From assembly GCA_000002435.2 (NCBI GenBank), contig AACB03000017.1: a DNA stretch of 10,211 nt; one strand, given 5' to 3'. Below are positions 1 through 9,660 of the stretch, in pieces. This DNA comes from Giardia intestinalis. Its lineage: Eukaryota. Below the pieces are notes generated by a model. It worked only from the letters and a program-made list of their open reading frames with translations. It was not told the origin of the DNA and made no database searches. The translations under genes were made by a program, and so were the position numbers. Within the stretch, counting starts at the first letter, position 1. Each line of letters opens with the position of its first letter.

Positions 1-663
1 CTGTTTCCCCGGTCAACGAGGTGCGTCGATGGGCCAACCTGTCCTGGCATGCTGTTTCCCGGTCAACGAGGTGCGTCGATGGGCCTAGCTGGCCCGGAGT
101 CCCATTTCCCCGGTCAACGAGGTAGTCGATGGGCCTAGCTGGCCCGGAGTCCATTTCCCCGGTCAACGAGGTATGTCGATGGGCCAGCTGGCCGGCAGTC
201 TGTTCCCCGGTCAACGAGGTGCGTCGATGGGCCAACCTGTCCTGGCATGCTGTTTCCCCGGTCAACGAGGTGCGTCGATGGGCCTAGCGGCCCGGAGTCC
301 CATTTCCCGGTCAACGAGGTGCGTCGATGGGCCTAGCTGGCCCGGAGTCCCATTTTCCCCGGTCAACGAGGTGCGTCGATGGGCCAACCTGTCCTGGCAT
401 GCTGTTTCCCCGGTCAACGAGGTGCGTCGATGGGCCTAGCTGGCCCGGAGTCCCATTTCCCCGGTCAACGAGGTATGTCGATGGGCCTAGCTGGCCCGGA
501 GTCCCATTTCCCGGTCAACGAGGTGCGTCGATGGGCCAACCTGTCCTGGCATGCTGTTTCCCCGGTCAACGAGGTGCGTCGATGGGCCTAGCTGGCCCGG
601 AGTCCCATTTCCCCGGTCAACGAGGTGCGCGATGGGCCTAGCTGCCCGGAGTCCCATTTCCCC

Positions 664-714
664 GGTCAACGAGGTGCGTCGATGGGCCAACCTGTCCTGG
701 CATGCTGTTTCCCC
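664..714. repeat. Representative subfamily-A unit (variable block 'ccaacctgtcctggcatgctgtt')
   Basis: 'ggtcaacgaggtgcgtcgatgggccaacctgtcctggcatgctgtttcccc'. This is the majority type, roughly 95 of about 148 units by hand count. Confidence 0.9.
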
Positions 715-1564
715 GGTCAACGAGGTGCGTCGATGGGCCTAGCTGGCCCGGAGTCCATTTCCCGGTCAACGAGGTGCGTCGATGGGCCAACCTGTCCTGG
801 CATGCTGTTCCCCGGTCAACGAGGTGCGTCGATGGGCCAACCTGTCCTGGCATGCTGTTTCCCCGGTCAACGAGGTGCGTCGATGGGCCTAGCTGGCCCG
901 GCATCTTTTCCCCGGTCAACGAGGTGCGTCGATGGGCCAACCTGTCCTGGCATGCTGTTCCCCGGTCAACGAGGTATGTCGATGGGCCAACCTGTCCTGG
1001 CATGCTGTTTCCCCGGTCAACGAGGTGCGTCGATGGGCCAACTGCCCGGCATCTTTCCCCGGTCAACGAGGTATGTCGATGGGCCAACCTGTCCTGGCAT
1101 GCTGTTTCCCCGGTCAACGAGGTGCGTCGATGGGCCAACCTGTCCTGGCATGCTGTTTCCCCGGTCAACGAGGTGCGTCGATGGGCCTAGCTGGCCCGGA
1201 GTCCCATTTCCCCGGTCAACGAGGTATGTCGATGGGCCTAGCTGGCCCGGAGCCCATTTCCCCGGTCAACGAGGTGCGTCGATGGGCCAACCTGTCCTGG
1301 CATGCTGTTTCCCCGGTCAACGAGGTGCGTCGATGGGCCTAGCTGGCCCGGAGTCCCATTTCCCCGGTCAACGAGGTATGTCGATGGGCCTAGCTGGCCC
1401 GGAGTCCATTTCCCCGGTCAACGAGGTGCGTCGATGGGCCTAGCTGGCCGGAGTCCCTTTCCCCGGTCAACGAGGTGTCGATGGGCCTAGCTGGCCCGGA
1501 GTCCCATTTCCCCGGTCAACGAGGTGCGTCGATGGGCCAACCTGTCCTGGCATGCTGTTTCCCC

Positions 1565-1615
1565 GGTCAACGAGGTGCGTCGATGGGCCTAGCTGGCCCG
1601 GAGTCCCATTTCCCC
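1565..1615. repeat. Representative subfamily-B unit (variable block 'cctagctggcccggagtcccatt')
   Basis: 'ggtcaacgaggtgcgtcgatgggcctagctggcccggagtcccatttcccc'. It has the same 28-bp core. The 23-bp block differs from A at about 9 of 23 positions and is colinear, so it is a diverged version and not an insertion. Confidence 0.9.
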
Positions 1616-1766
1616 GGTCAACGAGGTATGTCGATGGGCCTAGCTGGCCCGGAGTCCCATTTCCCCGGTCAACGAGGTATCGATGGGCCTAGCTGGCCCG
1701 GAGTCCCATTTCCCCGGTCAACGAGGTGCGTCGATGGGCCAACCTGTCCTGGCATGCTGTTTCCCC

Positions 1767-2782
1767 GGTCAACGAGGTGCGTCGATGGGCCTAGCTGGCC
1801 CGGAGTCCCATTTCCCCGGTCAACGAGGTGCGTCGATGGGCCAACCTGTCCTGGCATGCTGTTTCCCCGGTCAACGAGGTGCGTCGATGGGCCAACCTGT
1901 CCTGGCATGCTGTTTCCCCGGTCAACGAGGTGCGTCGATGGGCCTAGCTGGCCCGGAGTCCCATTTCCCCGGTCAACGAGGTGCGTCGATGGGCCAACCT
2001 GTCCTGGCATGCTGTTTCCCCGGTCAACGAGGTGCGTCGATGGGCCAACCTGTCCTGGCATGCTGTTTCCCCGGTCAACGAGGTGCGTCGATGGGCCAAC
2101 CTGTCCTGGCATGCTGTTTCCCCGGTCAACGAGGTGCGTCGATGGGCCAACCTGTCCTGGCATGCTGTTTCCCCGGTCAACGAGGTGTCGATGGGCCAAC
2201 CTGTCCTGGCATGCTGTTTCCCCGGTCAACGAGGTGCGTCGATGGGCCAACCTGTCCTGGCATGCTGTTTCCCCGGTCAACGAGGTGCGTCGATGGGCCT
2301 AGCTGGCCCGGAGTCCCATTTCCCCGGTCAACGAGGTGCGTCGATGGGCCAACCTGTCCTGGCATGCTGTTTCCCCGGTCAACGAGGTGCGTCGATGGGC
2401 CAACCTGTCCTGGCATGCTGTTTCCCCGGTCAACGAGGTGCGTCGATGGGCCTAGCTGGCCCGGAGTCCCATTTCCCCGGTCAACGAGGTGCGTCGATGG
2501 GCCAACCTGTCCTGGCATGCTGTTTCCCCGGTCAACGAGGTGCGTCGATGGGCCAACCTGTCCTGGCATGCTGTTTCCCCGGTCAACGAGGTGCGTCGAT
2601 GGGCCAACCTGTCCTGGCATGCTGTTTCCCCGGTCAACGAGGTGCGTCGATGGGCCAACCTGTCCTGGCATGCTGTTTCCCCGGTCAACGAGGTGTCGAT
2701 GGGCCAACCTGTCCTGGCATGCTGTTTCCCCGGTCAACGAGGTGCGTCGATGGGCCAACCTGTCCTGGCATGCTGTTTCCCC
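1767..2782. repeat. Two tandem copies of a ~508-bp, 10-unit higher-order repeat (unit order B A A B A A A A A(48-bp deletion variant) A)
   Basis: Units starting at 1767 and at 2275 have the same order of unit types, including the same rare 48-bp 'ggtgtcgatggg' variant at the ninth position (about 2175 and about 2683). The offset is 508 bp, which is 9x51 plus the shortened unit within 1 bp. The ORF track shows identical 203-aa and 78-aa translations offset by 508 (1669..2280 vs 2177..2788, and 1944..2180 vs 2452..2688). Confidence 0.8.
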
Positions 2783-5700
2783 GGTCAACGAGGTGTCGAT
2801 GGGCCAACCTGTCCTGGCATGCTGTTTCCCCGGTCAACGAGGTGCGTCGATGGGCCAACCTGTCCTGGCATGCTGTTTCCCCGGTCAACGAGGTGCGTCG
2901 ATGGGCCTAGCTGGCCCGGAGTCCCATTTCCCCGGTCAACGAGGTGCGTCGATGGGCCAACCTGTCCTGGCATGCTGTTTCCCCGGTCAACGAGGTATCG
3001 ATGGGCCAACCTGTCCTGGCATGCTGTTTCCCCGGTCAACGAGGTGCGTCGATGGGCCAACCTGTCCTGGCATGCTGTTTCCCCGGTCAACGAGGTGCGT
3101 CGATGGGCCAACCTGTCCTGGCATGCTGTTTCCCCGGTCAACGAGGTGCGTCGATGGGCCAACCTGTCCTGGCATGCTGTTTCCCCGGTCAACGAGGTAT
3201 GTCGATGGGCCTAGCTGGCCCGGAGTCCCATTTCCCCGGTCAACGAGGTATGTCGATGGGCCAACCTGTCCTGGCATGCTGTTTCCCCGGTCAACGAGGT
3301 GCGTCGATGGGCCAACCTGTCCTGGCATGCTGTTTCCCCGGTCAACGAGGTGTCGATGGGCCAACCTGTCCTGGCATGCTGTTTCCCCGGTCAACGAGGT
3401 GCGTCGATGGGCCAACCTGTCCTGGCATGCTGTTTCCCCGGTCAACGAGGTGCGTCGATGGGCCAACCTGTCCTGGCATGCTGTTTCCCCGGTCAACGAG
3501 GTATGTCGATGGGCCTAGCTGGCCCGGAGTCCCATTTCCCCGGTCAACGAGGTGCGTCGATGGGCCAACCTGTCCTGGCATGCTGTTTCCCCGGTCAACG
3601 AGGTGCGTCGATGGGCCAACCTGTCCTGGCATGCTGTTTCCCCGGTCAACGAGGTGTCGATGGGCCTAGCTGGCCCGGAGTCCCATTTCCCCGGTCAACG
3701 AGGTGCGTCGATGGGCCTAGCTGGCCGGAGTCCCATTTCCCCGGTCAACGAGGTATGTCGATGGGCCTAGCTGGCCCGGAGTCCCATTTCCCCGGTCAAC
3801 GAGGTGCGTCGATGGGCCAACCTGTCCTGGCATGCTGTTTCCCCGGTCAACGAGGTGCGTCGATGGGCCTAGCTGGCCCGGAGTCCCATTTCCCCGGTCA
3901 ACGAGGTGCGTCGATGGGCCAACCTGTCCTGGCATGCTGTTTCCCCGGTCAACGAGGTGCGTCGATGGGCCAACCTGTCCTGGCATGCTGTTTCCCCGGT
4001 CAACGAGGTGCGTCGATGGGCCAACCTGTCCTGGCATGCTGTTCCCCGGTCAACGAGGTGCGTCGATGGGCCAACCTGTCCTGGCATGCTGTTTCCCCGG
4101 TCAACGAGGTATGTCGATGGGCCTAGCTGGCCCGGAGTCCCATTTCCCCGGTCAACGAGGTGCGTCGATGGGCCAACCTGTCCTGGCATGCTGTTTCCCC
4201 GGTCAACGAGGTGCGTCGATGGGCCAACCTGTCCTGGCATGCTGTTTCCCCGGTCAACGAGGTGCGTCGATGGGCCAACCTGTCCTGGCATGCTGTTTCC
4301 CCGGTCAACGAGGTATGTCGATGGGCCTAGCTGGCCCGGAGTCCCATTTCCCCGGTCAACGAGGTGCGTCGATGGGCCAACCTGTCCTGGCATGCTGTTT
4401 CCCCGGTCAACGAGGTGCGTCGATGGGCCAACCTGTCCTGGCATGCTGTTTCCCCGGTCAACGAGGTATGTCGATGGGCCTAGCTGGCCCGGAGTCCCAT
4501 TTCCCCGGTCAACGAGGTGCGTCGATGGGCCTAGCTGGCCCGGAGTCCCATTTCCCCGGTCAACGAGGTATGTCGATGGGCCTAGCTGGCCCGGAGTCCC
4601 ATTTCCCCGGTCAACGAGGTGCGTCGATGGGCCAACCTGTCCTGGCATGCTGTTTCCCCGGTCAACGAGGTGCGTCGATGGGCCTAGCTGGCCCGGAGTC
4701 CCATTTCCCCGGTCAACGAGGTGCGTCGATGGGCCAACCTGTCCTGGCATGCTGTTTCCCCGGTCAACGAGGTGCGTCGATGGGCCAACCTGTCCTGGCA
4801 TGCTGTTTCCCCGGTCAACGAGGTGCGTCGATGGGCCAACCTGTCCTGGCATGCTGTTTCCCCGGTCAACGAGGTGCGTCGATGGGCCAACCTGTCCTGG
4901 CATGCTGTTTCCCCGGTCAACGAGGTATGTCGATGGGCCTAGCTGGCCCGGAGTCCCATTTCCCCGGTCAACGAGGTGCGTCGATGGGCCAACCTGTCCT
5001 GGCATGCTGTTTCCCCGGTCAACGAGGTGCGTCGATGGGCCAACCTGTCCTGGCATGCTGTTTCCCCGGTCAACGAGGTATGTCGATGGGCCTAGCTGGC
5101 CCGGAGTCCCATTTCCCCGGTCAACGAGGTGCGTCGATGGGCCTAGCTGGCCCGGAGTCCCATTTCCCCGGTCAACGAGGTATGTCGATGGGCCTAGCTG
5201 GCCCGGAGTCCCATTTCCCCGGTCAACGAGGTGCGTCGATGGCCAACCTGTCCTGGCATGCGTTCCCGGTCACGAGGTGCGTCGATGGGCCAACCTGTCC
5301 TGGCATGCTGTTTCCCGGTCAACGAGGTGCGTCGATGGGCCAACCTGTCCTGGCATGCTGTTTCCCCGGTCAACGAGGTATGTCGATGGGCCTAGCTGGC
5401 CCGGAGTCCCATTTCCCCGGTCAACGAGGTGCGTCGATGGGCCAACCTGTCCTGGCATGCTGTTTCCCCGGTCACGAGGTCGCTAGCTGGCCCGGAGTCC
5501 CATTTCCCCGGTCAACGAGGTATGTCGATGGGCCTAGCTGGCCCGGAGTCCCATTTCCCCGGTCAACGAGGTGCGTCGATGGGCCAACCTGTCCTGGCAT
5601 GCTGTTTCCCCGGTCAACGAGGTGCGTCGATGGGCCAACCTGTCCTGGCATGCTGTTTCCCCGGTCAACGAGGTGCGTCGATGGGCCAACCTGTCCTGGC

Positions 5701-7538
5701 ATGCTGTTTCCCCGGTCAACGAGGTATGTCGATGGGCCTAGCTGGCCCGGAGTCCCATTTCCCCGGTCAACGAGGTGCGTCGATGGGCCAACCTGTCCTG
5801 GCATGCTGTTTCCCCGGTCAACGAGGTATGTCGATGGGCCTAGCTGGCCCGGAGTCCCATTTCCCCGGTCAACGAGGTGCGTCGATGGGCCAACCTGTCC
5901 TGGCATGCTGTTTCCCCGGTCAACGAGGTGCGTCGATGGGCCAACCTGTCCTGGCATGCTGTTTCCCGGTCAACGAGGTATGTCGATGGGCCTAGCTGGC
6001 CCGGAGTCCCATTTCCCCGGTCAACGAGGTGCGTCGATGGGCCTAGCTGGCCCGGAGTCCCATTTCCCCGGTCAACGAGGTGCGTCGATGGGCCTAGCTG
6101 GCCCGGAGTCCCATTTCCCCGGTCAACGAGGTGCGTCGATGGGCCAACCTGTCCTGGCATGCTGTTTCCCCGGTCAACGAGGTGCGTCGATGGGCCAACC
6201 TGTCCTGGCATGCTGTTTCCCCGGTCAACGAGGTGCGTCGATGGGCCAACCTGTCCTGGCATGCTGTTTCCCCGGTCAACGAGGTATGTCGATGGGCCTA
6301 GCTGGCCCGGAGTCCCATTTCCCCGGTCAACGAGGTGCGTCGATGGGCCAACCTGTCCTGGCATGCTGTTTCCCCGGTCAACGAGGTATGTCGATGGGCC
6401 AACCTGTCCTGGCATGCTGTTTCCCCGGTCAACGAGGTGCGTCGATGGGCCAACCTGTCCTGGCATGCTGTTTCCCCGGTCAACGAGGTGCGTCGATGGG
6501 CCAACCTGTCCTGGCATGCTGTTTCCCCGGTCAACGAGGTATGTCGATGGGCCAACCTGTCCTGGCATGCTGTTTCCCCGGTCAACGAGGTGCGTCGATG
6601 GGCCAACCTGTCCTGGCATGCTGTTTCCCCGGTCAACGAGGTATGTCGATGGGCCAACCTGTCCTGGCATGCTGTTTCCCCGGTCAACGAGGTATGTCGA
6701 TGGGCCTAGCTGGCCCGGAGTCCCATTTCCCCGGTCAACGAGGTATGTCGATGGGCCTAGCTGGCCCGGAGTCCCATTTCCCCGGTCAACGAGGTGCGTC
6801 GATGGGCCAACCTGTCCTGGCATGCTGTTTCCCCGGTCAACGAGGTGCGTCGATGGGCCAACCTGTCCTGGCATGCTGTTTCCCCGGTCAACGAGGTGCG
6901 TCGATGGGCCAACCTGTCCTGGCATGCTGTTTCCCCGGTCAACGAGGTATGTCGATGGGCCTAGCTGGCCCGGAGTCCCATTTCCCCGGTCAACGAGGTA
7001 TGTCGATGGGCCTAGCTGGCCCGGAGTCCCATTTCCCCGGTCAACGAGGTGCGTCGATGGGCCAACCTGTCCTGGCATGCTGTTTCCCCGGTCAACGAGG
7101 TGCGTCGATGGGCCAACCTGTCCTGGCATGCTGTTTCCCCGGTCAACGAGGTGCGTCGATGGGCCAACCTGTCCTGGCATGCTGTTTCCCCGGTCAACGA
7201 GGTGCGTCGATGGGCCAACCTGTCCTGGCATGCTGTTTCCCCGGTCAACGAGGTATGTCGATGGGCCAACCTGTCCTGGCATGCTGTTTCCCCGGTCAAC
7301 GAGGTGCGTCGATGGGCCAACCTGTCCTGGCATGCTGTTTCCCCGGTCAACGAGGTGCGTCGATGGGCCAACCTGTCCTGGCATGCTGTTTCCCCGGTCA
7401 ACGAGGTGCGTCGATGGGCCAACCTGTCCTGGCATGCTGTTTCCCCGGTCAACGAGGTGCGTCGATGGGCCAACCTGTCCTGGCATGCTGTTTCCCCGGT
7501 CAACGAGGTGCGTCGATGGGCCAACCTGTCCTGGCATG

Positions 7539-9583
7539 ATATCTATCTGAGACTTATCATTACTATACTTAGGTGGCATATTATATGTTCCTTTAACTAG
7601 ATAATGATTCAGATTAGAAACATTTTGGGCTCCAATGTCATAATAGCTAGATTGCTGATTCTTTTGATGACTCACTGAATTTTGCATCAAGGAGCAATTG
7701 ACACCCTTATCAACAAGCACTTGATTAATTTCGCAAGTAGAACCATTGTGAATAAATGCACCATCGTTTAAATCTCCGCTTAGATTTGTAGACGGATCAG
7801 CTAATGATTTAACACTCAAATGCTCCTCTTTCCATGCTACATGGCTTGATTGCTGGCTTAGGACTTCCGCCTCCCTCTGCGATTCGTACTGCATACTGGG
7901 ATCTTTGGCTTGTAAAACACTTCTGTTGCTAAGGTAATTAAGCTCAGGTGTGTAACCACTTAATTGGCGTGTGTTTTCATTTGGCAAAGTATCATACAAT
8001 GTGCTATCTTTAACAGAGAAAAGAGAGCTGTTATCTCCCCTATACCCTTGCTGGTTAGATACGCTTAGCTCCCGAGCGCCGGAGATACTTATGGTATTGT
8101 AAGGTGTATTGTCTTCATGAGATAGCTCCTTCACAGTCTCGTTTTCTCCCGGTTCTGGGTTAACAAGTGTGCTATAGCTCAAACCCCGTGCATGAGACGC
8201 CGTGATGGTAACATCATAAGGTGCTGATGGTGAAACCTGTGAACGCACGGGAAGATTTGGATCCCAACAATAGCTATGATCATACGGTGATACTGCTGTT
8301 AGAGGGGTGTTTATTTCTGACGTACTAATGTCGGACCTATCTGGCTTCTGCATCAATGTATTCTTATACTCCGTTGTATTATAAGTTGCTCTCTTCGTTT
8401 GTCGTGTGTAATCAGTCATATCATGGATTGTCTCAGCCTTGTCGTCTGGGCGCGCAGGGAATGTGTCTCCTGGCTTTCCGTATGCATAGCTCAGTACGCG
8501 GGCGCTTTTTACTAAAATCGGCCCGTCATTTCTATAAGGCGTGAGCCCCATATCGCTTCCAACTAGATTAGTTTCCATATCAGAAAAGATATCCTTCTGT
8601 GTTTTCTCTTTGTAGTCTTTTACGAGTTTATTCTCGTCTAACAATTCTTCTCTTGTTTGTGCTACCTTCTCCAGTTTATCTTTCCAATAGTTAGCCCATG
8701 ATATGTCGTCAGAAATAGTGACGGGCAGTGTTCCTGAAGTAGTACTGAGAACATTCTGTGTGTCTCCAGCCACAATTGCTGTGGGCATTGTAGCCAGCAG
8801 TGTTGCATTAGGTGTAAGTGCTATCTTCTTAGTGTCTTCAGATAACTGTACTTGGTGATCAATTGCGGTTGATTTCCCCGGTTCTATTGAATTACTTACA
8901 TTCCTAAATAATGTCTGTAAATTGCTTGTTGCAGCGGCACTATATCCATAGTTCTCTGGGCAGGTATTACTGTAATCGTTAGATTTGAATGTCTGCTGCT
9001 GAGACTTTGTCGCTACTAATTGATCTTGTGGAGCAGGTTTCGAAGAAGCTAAGTTGCCATATTGAGATTGGTGTAATGGGACAGTGATAAGGGGGTCTTG
9101 CTGAGATTTCGTCCAGTATGCCGGTGCTTTGGAAACCTGGCTTCGTAGGCTTTCAAACGCGGAGGGGAGCTGAGGAGGAGGCACGATGGGGCCGTGCTCC
9201 TTCAAATAGTCACGGTACACAGACCATGCTTTATGTATTCGTGGATGCTTGAGTAACTCATCTGCAGGAGGACGACTCCTGGGGTTATGATCGAGAAGCA
9301 GATTAATTATTCTGGTTAGCTCTGCACTGTAGCCGTGATATGATGTCTTTACAAAGGAACTGAGAGATTGTATGGCTTCCTGCTTGTTGGCACATGTCTC
9401 TCTGTACCGGCGAAGCGTGCACATTTCGTGTAGTACACATCCTAACATGAACATGTCGACCTTCGCCCCATACTTATGCCCCAAGAGCATTTCAGGCGCC
9501 ATGTAAACATAATCGCCAACCTGTTCAGAGATCTCAGACGCCTGACTCAAAGAGACTGCTTGACGCATACCGCCTAAAACCAC
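7539..9583 (-). CDS. Segment 3 of NEK-like kinase homolog: activation segment, C-lobe (subdomains VII to XI) and a ~560-aa low-complexity tail; the open frame continues into the satellite to 5840
   Basis: The ORF-track entry 5840..9583 begins at a GTG, which is an ORF-caller artefact; the frame is open from the stop at 9593-9595. 'VVLGGMRQAVSLSQASEISEQVGDYVYMAPE' has A-P-E at 9491-9499. 'DMFMLGCVLHEMCTL' is subdomain IX, close to NEK 'GCVLYELCTL'. 'HNPRSRPPADELLKHPRI' is subdomain XI. The unique part ends at 7539, and the last unique codons read ...KSQIDI before the repeat. Confidence 0.75.
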
Positions 9584-9660
9584 GCTGTGTTGTTAGACAA
9601 GAATATGGTTTCTGGACGTATGTTTCGATGAATTACTATTCCGACTTCGGGACAATTCAA
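9574..9660 (-). other. Catalytic-loop segment of the same kinase, encoded in a different minus-strand frame: 'LNCPEVGIVIHRNIRPETIFLSNNTAWF'
   Basis: Hand translation of the minus strand between the two ORF-track ORFs. The H-R-N codons are at 9622-9630. They align to the kinase HRDLKPENIFL catalytic loop, with D->N, K->R and N->T. The segment is bounded by a stop immediately upstream (minus-strand 'taa' at plus 9661-9663) and 'tag' at 9574-9576, so it joins the flanking segments only if a 1-nt shift is assumed at each end. Confidence 0.6.

Larger units (their letters stand above)
1..7538. repeat. Tandem satellite/minisatellite array, 51-bp unit, about 148 units, head-to-tail, continuing beyond the left edge of the window
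   Basis: Direct reading shows period 51 throughout, for example 'ggtcaac' starts at 664 and 715, and at 1565 and 1616. Every unit shares the core 'ccccggtcaacgaggt[gcg/atg]tcgatgggcc'. The array ends abruptly after '...cctggcatg' at 7538. GC is about 63% per unit by hand count, against roughly 40-45% in the flanking unique DNA by eye. Confidence 0.97.

Noticed and set aside
1-7538. CRISPR array
   Set aside because: There is no alternation of a constant repeat with unique spacers. The whole 51-bp period is repeated, and the 'variable' block has only two states.
1-7538. CENP-B-box-like motif on the minus strand across unit boundaries ('ctcgttgaccggggaaac' vs 'TTCGTTGGAAACGGGA')
   Set aside because: Only the 'TCGTTG' and 'GGAAAC' fragments match, and the spacing differs. 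The essential nTTCGnnnnAnnCGGGn pattern is not satisfied.
173-7550. Dozens of overlapping plus- and minus-strand ORFs (62-1235 aa) inside the tandem array
   Set aside because: All are translations of the same 51-bp stop-poor unit in different frames. They overlap one another on both strands and have no independent start or stop context, so they are not reported as CDS.
8356-8544. 62-aa plus-strand ORF
   Set aside because: It lies wholly antisense inside the kinase-gene tail. It has no recognisable motifs and is short, so it is treated as a chance ORF.
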